Below are positions 40,631 through 53,699 of a stretch of DNA of 64,000 nt, one piece after another (position 1 is the stretch's first letter; the number at the start of each line of letters is the position of its first letter). Source of the DNA: Gnetum montanum (lineage: Eukaryota > Plantae > Gnetophyta); assembly GCA_015680685.1 (NCBI GenBank), contig MNCI01000909.1, forward strand, positions 1 through 64,000. Direction: 5' to 3'. A program made the translations under genes and the position numbers. Under the pieces are notes generated by a model. It ran no database searches, was not told the DNA's origin, and was given only the letters and a program-made list of their open reading frames with translations.

Positions 40631-43600
40631 GTGCAACCAGAGGTGTGGCACTGGTAGACCTCCTGTAAGGTCTGCTGTTGGCCCAAGTCGATGTGTCGTT
40701 GGGCTTGTTGACTTCTGGACTAGGACTTGGTCAGGCGGCCTAGGTGCCCCTCCCCCTCACGGACCACAGGGGTGTAGCCGGCTTCTTCAGCTGGGGACTA
40801 CGACGCCTTGCGCTGTCGAGTCCGGGTGCTCCTCCGGACGACGTTTATGGTTTGTTACTATGGGCTACATTTGTTGTTTATGGTTTAACACCCTAATAGA
40901 CGAAGTATTTTGTGTGTCATAGATTTCATACATGAGTCTAAAATCACCATGGTTTGTTTTGGTTGTTCTAAGGAGAAGATTCTCCTCAAATGAGGTGAAG
41001 TAGATAGAGCATAGGAATGGCAGACATCCAAAAAGGGATCATCGATGTAGGCTTATTTGATTTGTTCATGTTCACTAGTCCATCTATGTCACAAACTAAG
41101 ATGTTGAACATGATTGAATATTTTTATGAAGGAGTCACCAAACGTTTTACTCATATGCATGGTTTTCTTGTTGTCATGAATATTAATGAGAAAATTTTTA
41201 TCGATCTTTTTGGTATACCTTCTATTGATGTTAAGGTGATTGTTAGAGTAGGGAAAGATGTTGGTATTAGAGAGGATATGGAGGCTTGGCTCAAATAATC
41301 TCATCATGCAATATTATCTTTTAATAAGTGTGACATAAGGAGGTGAATGTGTTATACCTTCTTTTCCAATCTAGTGTTTTCCCCATGCTATTGTCACAAA
41401 AGAAAACCATAGAAATTCAACAAGCTTGGACTATGAAAAATGTTTTGATAGATGGTACTAGGTTTGACTAGGCTAGTTTTCTAGTTGCTGGTTTATGAGG
41501 TGAATCACAAAAAATTTGTAAGAGCCTTTATTCTATATATCATATGCATTTTATGTTTTTTTGTGCATATTAGGTTTGTAGAGTTCTTAGTGATCAAGAG
41601 AGATGAGGAGTGGGTAGCATGTGATGTTTTCCAACTTTTGAAGCCTTCAGCTAAACACATTACTCATTCAATGCATGTCAAAGATCCATCCATGGAAGAT
41701 GTGAAATAGTTGTCTATCACCACTAAGAATGTTATTCTTCTGATGGGATGGGGGTTGAGCCCCATGTTATGTGTGGCAAGGAAGAAAGAATAAAAATGTC
41801 ATATGTGGAAGTAGATGGAACTACTAGAGAAAAAATAAAAAATCCATGAGTTGAGTAAAACATCATAGTTCCTAACCAACAAGCACTTATGAAATTGATA
41901 GTCAAGTTTAACAAATCTACTTAAGTTGTTGATGAAATGCATATGTTTTTTACATCTTTGATTTTAGCATTATTTTTTGTTACATCTCATTGATATAAAA
42001 TGTTTACTAATTTTATTTTATCTTTTTAGCTTTGATTTCATTGTAGGGAAGAAACAAGAATTGGCTACTCAAGTTGTTGTGCAAGAGGTGTGATGATGCA
42101 AAGAAGAAGAAAAAAGAATATCTAATGAAGCATAAGATATCTTGGATTCCATTTTAGGTGATTTGCCTTCAGAAGGTAACCCTCAGATCGACTTATCTCA
42201 TGATATTATTGGTAAATTTTGGTGTTATTTTTATTTATTTATTTAATTTAAATTTTTTTATATTTTTTATTATAAATTGTATTAATTGTTATGGCATACT
42301 ATAGGGCATGATCTTCCTTTGGAAATGTCCACATCCACATTCTACTCTAAACCTTGGATGAAGGCACCAGACAAGATTGAGTTTATGGAGGAAATGATGA
42401 ATGACATGGTTCATAGGCTATAATAGTTGGCTTCTGATGTTAGTAAGAAAAATTAAAACATTTTTGTTTTGCATTTTTTTATTTTTATATTTTTATTTTT
42501 ATGATTTTATTTCTTTAATGTTTTTATAGTTTTAATTGGTTTTAAATATTTTTATATTTTTAATGTTTTTATGTTTTTGTGTGACAATTTCTAAGGTGAA
42601 ATGGAAGCCTTCATAAGAATTTGAGTTTGATGAGTTTCTTGAATTCCCTTTTAATGTGGAGAACCTTTCATGGAGATTATATGAAGGGGCTACAACATGT
42701 GATGCATCTTGTGCAATAAATTTTGGGAGTTCTAATTTTTAAATAAGTTCTTGTGGGAATGAGTTGCAACATTGAAAAAGCTAAACAAGTAGTTGATAGA
42801 TGAAGTTAATAGTCTTAAAGATCACATGGAGTTCATAGAGGTGCATGTGTCCAATTGGGATTCCTTACCCATGAAGAATATTCAGTGGTCCCATTATTGG
42901 AATGCCATCCAATGAAAGGTTTCCCTAGGAAGGAGCAACATGAATAAGGACACGTAGTTGAAGATGATAGTTCGTAGAATGAAGGAATGGAGAGATTATT
43001 GTACATGGGTATTAGAGTAAGGGAAGAAGCAAAAAGCCCACAAGAAGCTATTCAAAGTGAGAAAGGATAACTATATGAAATCTTGGCAAGGTGCAACTAT
43101 GACACAACATACATATGAGTTATTTGTACAAGGAATAGGTGCAAAAGATATTTTCAGTAGGTTCAAGAAGTCATTAGTGGCTATTGATTCCTCCATTTCT
43201 TAGATTGTTACTACATCTAGGAAAACCTCCATGACTTTCTTTTCCTTTACTCCTCTTGAGTGGATAGAAGTAGAGAAGGAAAACGTCTTATCAAGAGTGG
43301 ACATAGGAGATATTGATTGGACCAACATGAGTGAAGAAGAAATTCTTCATAGGTTAGAGGCTAGTATCTAAAGATTCCCTCTTGAGGACATTGCCCATGA
43401 ACCTTGTGAGGTTTGTAAAAATTTTCTTTTATGTTATGTTTTTTTGATATTTTTTTGTTATGGCAGTTTTTATTGTTGCATGGTTATGTTTGTGACTAAT
43501 ATGATTACTAATGTTTGCATGTTTCTATTTCTTGTAGGCCCTAGGTAATGATGGTGATGATGTGAGTGACAATCCTCCTCTTCCTCCAAAGGCTTGATTT

Positions 43601-44149
43601 GGCTATTAATGGACTTGTCATATTTTTGTTTTTTTATTATTATTACTATCTTATTTGGCTATCATAGCCTTAAAGACTACGTATTATATTTTTAATGTTA
43701 TTTGTTGCATAGTGTAGCTATGGCTATTGTATATTTTTGATTTTTGTTATCTATCACATAGTATGACTATGGCTACTATTTTGATTATGGTTATATGAGG
43801 TTTTGGACTATAAAATGTTTAATTTATGGCCTTTTATTTTTTATTTTCTACTTTTTTATGTTTTCTATTTTTTTTATATTTTTATGTAAACATGAAAATA
43901 AACACAAGCTATGAATTAATGTAAAAATGTAAAATAAGGCTAAATAGTAAAATAACAAACATGATATAATAAAGTAAAAATTATAAAAAAAAATGTAAAC
44001 ATGCAAATAAAAGTTACAAATAAGGTTACTAATTAAATGGCCACATGATATGTACAAGGGAAAGAAAATAAGCAACTTATTAATCATGCAATTGTTTTTA
44101 AATCTTTGGTAGATTAGGAAATTTGTAAGATTTTTGTTGCATGATCTTG

Positions 44150-46735
44150 TATTTTCCATTCCATTTGCTCACAATATTAAATGGGATATCTTCTCATAAT
44201 TTGTTCATGGCCCCAGTGTTTCTTTTGACTTGGTTGAATTTGTCAATTTCTTTGGCTTCACTTACAAAAGTTTCTTCTAGAAACTCTAGCTCAAATCCCT
44301 ACTCAAAGTTAACATTGTTGACAAACAAAGGGATTATGCTATTTCTATGAATAATAATAATTTCACCTCCCTTGTAAGGTAGAAGGTAGATGAATTTCCT
44401 AGTGGATTAGGAAATACATCACTTACAACTTGGCCAACCATGATCTTCTTAGGATCAAGTTGAAGCTGGATGTTTCTTGAATAACTAGAAAATCAACAAA
44501 TGTGGGGAATTGTTTCCTAGGTACAAAGTATAATGAGATGCATCCTTTTACTACTACACATGACTCATTAAATTGTTTATGTGTTGAAATGGAGGTATCA
44601 TAAATATTTTCAACCAAGCCTAACCATTCAATAATGGGTAAGGGAATTATTTTTTGTGGTTGCTCCAGCATCAATATGCACCAAGTACATATTGTACTAG
44701 CCAACTCTAATGATTATGAATAAAGGAACAAATAATAGCTTACCTGTCTGCAAGTTAATCTTCATCTCAGTATCATGAAATGTTTAGGGGTTTGGCTTCA
44801 TTTCTTCCTTAGGTAAGGGTGGTACTATCACCAAGTGGATAGACTCTTCATTGGCAAAGATGTCCTTACATATATAAATTGAGATAAACATTTTTACTAA
44901 AGCTTCATGGTGGGTAGAAGAGGTCATAACTAATTCATATAGGGTCAAGAAAGTATTCTTCTATATTAGCAAGAGCTTGACTTTCTCCATGGTAGTGAGG
45001 AAGTCTTTATCATTGTTAGATGATTTCTCAATTTTGTTGAATTTGAATTCCTCTATTCTACCTAGGATTTTGACCTCATGTTTTAATGCATGCTATTTTG
45101 GCCTTTTTCCCCTCTCTTGTATTTGGTTGTTCTTCCTAGGTTAGCTAGTTAATGTAGTTTGGGCATTGAAGTTCATAGGTATGGTTTAAATTGGAGTAGA
45201 ATTTGGTGGGCCTACTTCCTTCAAAACTTTTGGTTGATTGGTGTCCTTAGCATTAGGCTTAGGAACTAATTTTTTCTATTATTTCAGGCATGATTTCTTG
45301 TTGTTTGGCTAAGAAGAGGATGAAGCATTAGTCACTATGGAAGGATGCTAATCAACTTAAGCTATAGGTTTATTGGTGGTGGAAGGGGAAACTCTAATAA
45401 TAAAAGATGCTTTACAAAGGCATAGGTGGTGGTATTCTTATAACAAATAAGGTTCTTGAAGCTCTTTCATCATGAGGAGGCACCTGAACCACAAATAGCT
45501 CCCTTCTCCCTAGAAGGCTTAGACTTTCCATGTACATTGAAAATGGCTATAGTGAATTGATCATTACTAGAGTTGAAGAGATTCTTGTATACCTACATAT
45601 TAGTTTTAAGGCCTAATGAGATTAGATGCATCTAGGATCAAATCTTCACTATCTATCATCTTTTGAAGGTCATCTTTCAAGGAAAAATAGAAATTAGTAT
45701 CATGGCTATGAAGTTGATGATAGTGGCATAATTTGTCCAAATTGAACTGCTTGGGGATAGGTGGATCATCTTTTGTGGCTATTGTAGGATCCTTAGTGAA
45801 TTCACAAAGATGACCGTGCTTCTTGTGAGCATTCTCCAATAGTTTTTTATTTGAATATGGCTTCTTCTAAACAATAGGTCTAGAAGCTCCAATGGTTTCA
45901 TGGACAATTTAGGGTACTTGAATTGGTCCTTTCATTTAAAGTTGGACTTTGGTGGGTTGGAGGTGAAAGCACTAGAAGTTGATGGTTAAGCAATACTAGT
46001 AGTGACTTTGGGTTGTGATGTCTTTGATCCTTGTGTTGTTTTTGGTTCTTTGGCCATAACTACATGGCTTTGTTTTCTCTTGTTCCTATCCCTCTCTCTA
46101 TGTTGGTTCTTGTAAGTGATGTAGAAAGGATTGTTGCTAGCTTTAGCTACCTCTTTAATGTTTTTGATTGGTGAAAATTCTTAGCTCAATGATTAGAATT
46201 CTAAGTAATATAGTTTTACTTGATGACATTATTGATTTTCCCCTTGAAAATGGCTAATAAGTGGATTTCAGAGATGGGATTTAGAATTTCATTAAGTATT
46301 TCATTCCACCTCTAAATAAACCTTTGCACTGGTTCAAGATTTTCAAAATGAAGGAAATGAAATGATTGCAGGAAGCTTGTGGAACTTGATGTCTTAAAGA
46401 AGGTTTGTTAAAGTAAGAAAAGAAGGTGACATGGAAGAGACCATTAGTGATGGTTTTTTAGAATATGGCTGAGTTTCAAAAGGCATCGTTGTAAATAGGA
46501 AGAAGACCTGGGAAGCTGGTTATAAGGTTAGATCCAAGGAGGTGGTAGGCATTTCTTGACTTATTATTAGCATGGAATATAAGGAATTATTTATAAATAA
46601 GTAAGGGATGGATTTTTGTAAGGGTTCTTCCTCATAATCATCATTGTCATAATAGCCCCTAAATCCATTTTGGTCCTCTTTATTTTGTTTCAAGATAGCT
46701 TTCTCACTTATTGTAACTTCCTCATTGGCATCCAC
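44150..46735 (-). pseudogene. Element A gag and aspartic protease
   Basis: KLCHYHQLHSHDTNFYFSLKDDLQKMID (Tat-type gag C-terminus) and FLVIQETSSFNLILRRSWL (protease). Confidence 0.8.
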
Positions 46736-47702
46736 TAATTAGACTAACAAGTTGATATAGATTTTTGAAAGCTCAACTTTTCATATGAAGAAGGAACATA
46801 TGCCTTCCTATCCTTATGAATAAATTCAAACTAATGCTTGAAGTCTAGCTCCTTATATGGGATAGGTAGACTAGCTTGGACTTTTGCATAGATGAAGTTG
46901 TAATATTTCTTAGTAATATTGGCATGTAAGGGACTAACTAAACTCTATTATGGGTGGGTCCTTAGGATCATAGATGTGAGCAGATTCACAATTGAAGGCT
47001 ATGAAAATGATGTTGTGTGGTAGGATGGAAGGGCATAAACATGTATATGACTAAGTGATTGGGCAAACATGAGAATGGCTCTAATATTTTAAACAAGCTA
47101 TAGCTTATACTATATAAGCTTGTAATGTGTAAGCTTGTAGGGTATGAGAGTTGTAGTGTATATGGATTATGGCTTATAAAAGTTCTAGCATATGAGACCT
47201 ATATCTTGTAAGAGATGTAGCGTATAAGGAAAATTTAGCTAAAATGTAAGTACAGAAATATGGAAAATAAAATAAACTATAATTGTAACAATGATGTTTT
47301 TAATTTTTTTCTAGCATATTTAAGCAACACTGAGAAAGATGGAAAAAGGCTTCAGTGTATGTAGAAAAACATCATAAGCTACAAATGTAGAGAATCAAAG
47401 GAAAACTACAAAACCATAGATGCAAAAAATGAGAAAAGTAGTGTGCATTGTAATCATAAAAATAATTTTTTGAATTGTAAATGCAGGAAAAAGAGGAAGC
47501 ACTCTGCAGTGTAATTATAAAAGTAATAATTTTTAATTTTTTAAATTTTGCAATTATAACAATGAAAACTTGCTATAGTGTAGAATGTTGGGATTGTAGA
47601 AAATCCAAAATAATATTTACTCTATCAAATATGTTGTACAAAGGTAGAAACATGTAGAGAAATCTTTTTATAGATAGATTTTAGATGAAGAAGTTAGGTG
47701 GA

Positions 47703-47721
47703 GGTCCTTATGCTAGCACCA
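47703..47721 (-). promoter_or_regulatory. PBS-like sequence of element A (tRNA not identified)
   Basis: Minus-strand TGGTGCTAGCATAAGGAC just inside the LTR end. Confidence 0.5.
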
Positions 47722-47727
47722 AAAAAC

Positions 47728-49358
47728 TATAACGATAGAAAAAATTTGTGTTACAAATCCAAAAAATTTGTATGAAAAAATTTTAGCCACAAGATCTATA
47801 GGACTTAGAAGGATCTAGGGTACCTTAGATTATCTTTTCGATTACCTAAGGACTTAGAAAATTTGTCACTCAACATAATAAATGAGAACGAATGAAAGAG
47901 TACAACTAAAAGATTTAGCACTAGATCCAAGAACAAAAATGAAAAATAATATAGTTAAATAAAAAATTGTAAAATTTATATTAAATACTATGAAAGATTA
48001 TTATGAAATGAAGGTTTAGAGTGTACAAATCTAGGCTTTTACAGTTTGAGAATACAAAAATATCTTTGAAATCTAGTGCTAAGGGTAGGATTTGTTCTAC
48101 CATTGAATTTGCACTAATCTCTCTCGACTGATTGTCTTTGTAGTAAATGTTTTGATAGGCTATTTTTGCTCTTAGTGATCTAAGCTAAAAGAGCCTACAA
48201 AATCTAGAACTACTTCTTTACTCTATGCTAAAATAGGTCTCTCTTTTTTGTAGGAAAATCTCTTCTATTTGTCAAAAAGATCCACCAAAATTTCCTCAAA
48301 ATGGGACTAAATTTGGCTTAAATAGCCTTTGGATTTGCTACTCTTGTGTTGGTTACATTTTTATGTGCTTTATGGAAAATTTCATAGCATATTTGGACCA
48401 TTTTCATGATGTAATGACTGAAAATATCAATAATTGAAAAATCGATAATTTTAGTAAAACAGCTTTAACCTCATATCCCAAGGACCTCCATGAAAACATA
48501 GGATTCAAGGTACCTTGGATGGTTTGGAAAATTCCCCAATGCTAGGTGTAGGTATGTCTATTGTGACAAAAAAAAATCAATGAATGTAATGCAATAGCCT
48601 CAACCTCAAATTACTAGGGCCTCCAAAAAAATGGAATTTGAGGTATCCTAGATGGTTTGGTAGATCATCCATGGACTTATATATATAGCCTTCATAGTAC
48701 TAAATGAGATGAAGGGTGAGGAAATTTTTATATATTACTAAATGGGTATCCTAGATGGTTATCATATATAATAATTTCCTCACCCTTCATAGCAATTCCA
48801 TAGTAATAAGGGCATGCCTTTCACATTGGAGATGAATCTTCCATGTTGAGCCTTCTACCATCCTTTTTGAAATGGTTGGTCAATGTTGGAGTGCATGGAA
48901 TGTTGAAATTTGGATTTTCTAGCTTCCATGCTAGGGACATGCAATTTTCATGTTGCATGGGGAGGGGTGGTGGGACAGAGTTTCCAAGCTAAGAGGAAAT
49001 CCTCCTTTCCTCGATGTTGATGATAAGTGAGATTTATCCCTTGTAAGTGTTTCTAGCATAGAAAAATGTATACCCTCCATAAAACCCATCAAATTACCAT
49101 TTTTGACATTCCAAAAGGTAATTTTGATTCCCAAGCCCAAATATAGACACTAGGTTACTTTTTTCACTTGGGGAATGAGGCTTTGAATACTTATGAAGAA
49201 TTTTTCAGTTCTAAAAGTATGGATTATAATGTTTATGTGAGACTACCCCTCATATATTACAATGTTTATATTTACAATAAAATTTTCCCTCAATTTTCAT
49301 GGGGTAAAAGCTACATGATGAAAATTGGCTATAACATTAAAATTTTGGTGGTGTTTCA
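47728..49358 (-). repeat. LTR shared by elements A (5' LTR) and B (3' LTR)
   Basis: PBS-like sequence on the left. PPT AAAGAGGGGCCA (49360-49371, minus strand) then TGAAACACC on the right. Confidence 0.7.
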
Positions 49359-49599
49359 ATGGCCCCTCTTTGTTGGTATCTAGAGGATTGACCTGAGAGG
49401 CACTAAGAAAGAATAAAAATCACCACTACATATGATAATGCTACAATGCATACAAGCTACATGAGATGATAAAACCAAGATATCCAAGTCACTTAATTCA
49501 CTATTTTAAGGTTGTGGTGGATCATGGTACTAGTTTAAGGCCCTAGTAGGTTGTTGAAAGTAGGCTTGTTTGTCAATGATTGTTAGCTACATGTAGTAT

Positions 49600-52500
49600 G
49601 GATTTAGATAGGAATGATTTACTAGATTAACCAACACATTCCCATCCATGTTAGCTATATTAAATGCATCATTCCTATAGGCTTTAGTGACAAGGATGGA
49701 TCCTTCCTAGTTGGTTGAAAATTTGTTTGCATGCTCGTAGATGGCTATAAGGACCAAGTCACCTTTCTTGACCTTATGCTTGGTCAAGTTATGATGATGT
49801 CTTTTCTTATAAGTCTCTTGATAGTGTTTGATGTAATTAAGTGCTTACATACATTTCTCCTCCATTGAGTCTAGGGCTATTTTGCATAACTCGTTTTGCT
49901 CATTGTTGATGAAGTTGGTCAAGGCTACTTGAAGCAATGACACTTATAGTTCAAGAGGTAAAATAGCTTTAGAACTATAAACTAAACTATAAGGGGTCAT
50001 ACTAGTTGGCATGCAATAGGTTGTTCTATATTCCCATAGTGCATGAACATGATGCTTATGCCAATTTCACTTTCTGTTATTGAGCATCTTCTTGAGCAAT
50101 TTGATGATGGCTTTATTACTTGCTTCTACTTTTCCATTGGCTTGAGGATAATAAGGTGATGAGAAAGAATGCTTAATGCCTAGATTGTAATAGAAATATT
50201 TTTTTTTCTTGAATACTAATTTGTGGTTCATTACCCATAACTATGGTCATGGGTATGCCAAAATGGGCTACAATGTTACCTAAGATGAACTTATAGACCT
50301 ACTTGGATGTAGTCTTCCTTATGGAAATAGCCTCAATCCACTTTGTAATGTATTTAGTTGTAGTGATGATGAAGTTATGTCTTGCAGAGGACTTAGGCAT
50401 TATAGGTCCAATGATATCCAACCCCCATCATTAAAATGGCCATGTTATTTGAGTGGTATGCAACTTAGGTGGTGGTACATGTATAAATTTTCTATATCAT
50501 TGGCATGTGTCACACTACTTAACCTTCTATAGGAAGTAATTTTTCATATGGAGCCAATAGTAGCCTAACCATCTAATCTTAGTGGTCATAGCTCTAGGCC
50601 CTATATGTCCTCCACAAACACCCTTGTGAACCTTCTCTAGGATTCTTCTAGCTTGAATTTTACCTACACACTTTAGGATTATGCCATTGTAGCATCATTG
50701 ACATAATGTATTATCATCTACGATGACATATTGCTTCAATCACTTGTGTTAAATGTCCTTCTAAGTAGTAGTTAGACCTTGTGAGGATTTTTCATGCATA
50801 AGGTAAAATTTAATATCATCATACCATTTCTTGGGAGGAGTAGCATGAATGATGGCTACAAAGGTATCCTTAGTGTTCTATGTGATGGGAATAGTATAGT
50901 TCATGGTTAAGGTGGCAAAATTACTAAACACATTTGGCATCACACTAAGGAATAAAATTGAAATTACATCTACTATGGTGTTCTTGTTTTAGAGTATGTG
51001 TTGGATATTGACATCTATGAATTATTGTAACAATTTCTTTCCTAGGTCATAGTATGGTTGTAAGTGTTTGGCTTTACATTCATAGACCTCAATCACTTGG
51101 TCAACCAAAAGTTGTGAATCACCTTTAATCATTAAGCATCTAATTCCTAGTTCATGGTCTATCATCATCCCTCTGATCAAACCCTTATACTCTACTATGT
51201 TTTTTATGCATGGAAACTCAAAATAATAGGTAAAGAATGATATTTCACTAGATGGTAATGCTATGATGCTAGTGGCATTGGCCCCATGGATGGTCAAAGA
51301 TTCGTCAAAGTGCAAACCACCTCATAACCATTGGGCACTTGGCCAATGATGTTAGTGTGCTCCTCAAGGAACTTAGGATCTATAGCTGCTTATTCATCAA
51401 TAAGTGAAACTATGAGTTATATGGTTATAGCTTGACCTTTCATTGAGGATTGAAAGATGTAATGAAGATCAAATTCTATTGTTATGCCTTTCTAGTGGGC
51501 TATATAGATACTTTCATGGATGTTGGTCATTATGGATTTGAGTATGTTGCGCTTGCAAATGATGTTGACTTGGCTTCTGAAGAGGTAGTGCCTCCACTTC
51601 TTCAAAGAGAAGACTAATGCTATACAATACTTCTCCACTTTAGTGTATCAAGTATCATGGGCAACTAATGCATGACTAAGGTAATACATAGGCATTTCTA
51701 CTCCATCATCATGTTTCTAATAGAGTAGAGAAAAATAAGATATGTTAGAGATGGTAAGGTAAATGTAAAATGATTTACCCTCTTGTAAAGGATAGACTAT
51801 TGGTAGTTATGCCAACTTTTACTTATGGTTTTCAAAGGCCCCTTGGCATTAAGCCATCTACTCATAGTGAACCCCTTTCTTAAGCCAGTGTTGCATAGGC
51901 TACAATTTATTTGTAAGCCTAGCAATAAACCTACAAATAAATTGTAATCTACCTTGTAATCCTTGAAGTTCCTAAAGGCTTGTGGATGCTACCAATTTGG
52001 ATATGACCTTAACCTTATTAAGATTGACATGTATCCCCACTTTAGATACTACAAAGCCAAGCATCTTATCAGTCTTGACATGAAAGACACATTTCTTAGG
52101 ATTGAGCCTAAGCTTGTACTTTAAGCACCATTTGAGCACAAGATCTAGGTCATTAGCATGATCATTAGCCACTTTAGACTTAACGACTTTGTTATCTACA
52201 TAATCCTTAAGCAAACCTAGCATGTAATCATTGAAGATATAGGTCATGGCTCTTTGGTATGTTGCTCCTACATTGTTAAGGCCAAAGAACATCATAGTAT
52301 AGCAAAATGTACCCCAATGAGTCATGAAGGTCATGCTAAGTTAGTGCTCTAGGTTAATCCTAATCTAGTTGTACCCTAAGAACCCATCCATAAAGGATAA
52401 CAAGGCATATTTGACCATATTATCAATAAGTTGATCAATACTAGCCAAAGGAAAGTCATCCTTTATAGTTATTTTATTTAGGTATTGAAAATCAATGCAA

Positions 52501-53089
52501 ATATAGATACTCCTATTCTTCTTATGGATACCTATTCTACATAGGTGATAGCCCTAATGAAACTATCTTGGTAGAGCTTTGAGATCTTATCATGAACTGA
52601 CAAGGCTAAATCATGTCTAGTCTTGTAAACTTTTTGCTTAACTAGTATAATGCTTGGGTCTAGTATGATATTGTGTTAGACTAAACATGGATGTAGACCT
52701 AAAATATCTTCATATGACTAGGAAAAGGCCTTAATAATGCATTGTAGGACCTTGGTGATGTCTTGAACTTGCTAAGGTTCTAGTGAGGAACTTAGTTTAA
52801 GGGTTTTCTCCTCATTACTATGTGTTGTAATAGGAATCTCAGCTAGAGAGTCTTTAGTTATGGCATCCACCTCTAAGTCAAGGATTTTTACTAGGTTCTC
52901 AAGTCCTTCTAGATGTTTCTTTACTAAGGCTATGTGATCTACAAGACTCTCAGGCTTAAGATCTAGGCAATCAGGATCAATACATCATTCAACATTACAA
53001 TGGGATTCATGTAGATAAAAAGTAAACTAATTTGCTCTAGGTACTCATACTTTAATCTTACATATAAAAAAAATCATATTAAGTGAAAC
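49600..53089 (-). pseudogene. Element B RT, RNase H, additional RNase H (aRH) and integrase
   Basis: THWGTFCYTMMFFGLNNVGATYQRAM..DYVDN..LRLNPKKCVF (RT). HFDES..NIVEYKGLIRG..GDSQLLVDQV (Tat-type aRH between RH and INT). Confidence 0.9.
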
Positions 53090-53699
53090 CTAGGTAAATA
53101 ATACTAAAATGCTATAAAATCATATAAATACATGTACATCTAATGCTAACAAGATCATTCAAGGCTATAAATAGGGTAAGGACAAGTTAACAAAGTATAA
53201 TAGAGGTCAAATAAAGGTCAAGTAAAGGTTAAGCAAGGGGAAGTATGACAAATAAGGCTACAAATGGTCAAAAAAGGTCATGATTTTGCTAGTTTTAGGC
53301 CTTGGTAGGCCAAGATGGCAATTTAAATCCATAGTGGACCATGGTCATATGGTGTCAAATGGTGGTCAAAGAAGGCCAAACCCTATTATTTTATACCAAT
53401 CAAAGGCTAAACAAAGGAAAATAAGGAAAATAAAAAGGTTATAAGGTTGTAGAAAGGCCACAAGAAGGTCAACAAGGTTGAAAATGCAATGCAAGGTTAA
53501 AAGCAAGTCAAAGCATCATGTAATAAGTTTAGATTAAGTAAAACATGCTACATATGGTCAAACTTGGCTAATATAGGTTAAAAAGGGCTCAATTTTACCA
53601 ATTTTAGGCCTTAGTAAGATATAATGTAGGGTTAATGGCTATTAGATGAGCATGGTCATTATTCAAGGATGTTTCTAGAATATTTGGACTTAGAAATCA

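Larger units (their letters stand above)
36019..40843 (-). mobile_element. L1-clade LINE, 5'-truncated (ORF1 essentially absent), inserted in intron 3 of the cargo gene
   Basis: Abrupt GC/CpG-rich block. Short poly(A) (T-run 36019-36026). Candidate TSD TTTATG at 36013-36018 and 40844-40849. Confidence 0.9.
33463..43597 (+). pseudogene. Antisense 8-exon cargo gene of element A (FCP1/NIF-like + PMD/Transposase_32-like + coiled coil); approximate exons 33463-33559, ~34994-35450, 35531-35796, 40923-~41920, 42047-42211, 42305-42442, 42596-43410, 43538-43597
   Basis: Exon-by-exon protein homology to the copy in element B. AT-rich introns, most with recognisable GT-AG. WFRIGPRDFLMYLLQDYNVIMWSH...YNADNTLMLGHRLNTLFKNP. 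Confidence 0.75.
11161..49358 (-). mobile_element. Tat/Ogre-type Ty3/gypsy element A (LTR-PBS-gag-PR-[large intervening region]-RT-RH-aRH-INT-PPT-LTR) carrying nested Athila, TIR-element and LINE insertions
   Basis: Degenerate gag/PR at ~46735-44150. RT at 31945-30949 and 28816-28606, RH/aRH at 28600-28214 and 14967-14450, INT at ~14400-12950. Reading frames are restored across the nested insertions. Confidence 0.85.

Noticed and set aside
37325-40922. Many plus-strand ORFs in the GC-rich block, and possible bacterial contamination or HGT
   Set aside because: They are shadow ORFs antisense to LINE ORF2. The block has L1 motifs, a poly(A) and a candidate TSD.
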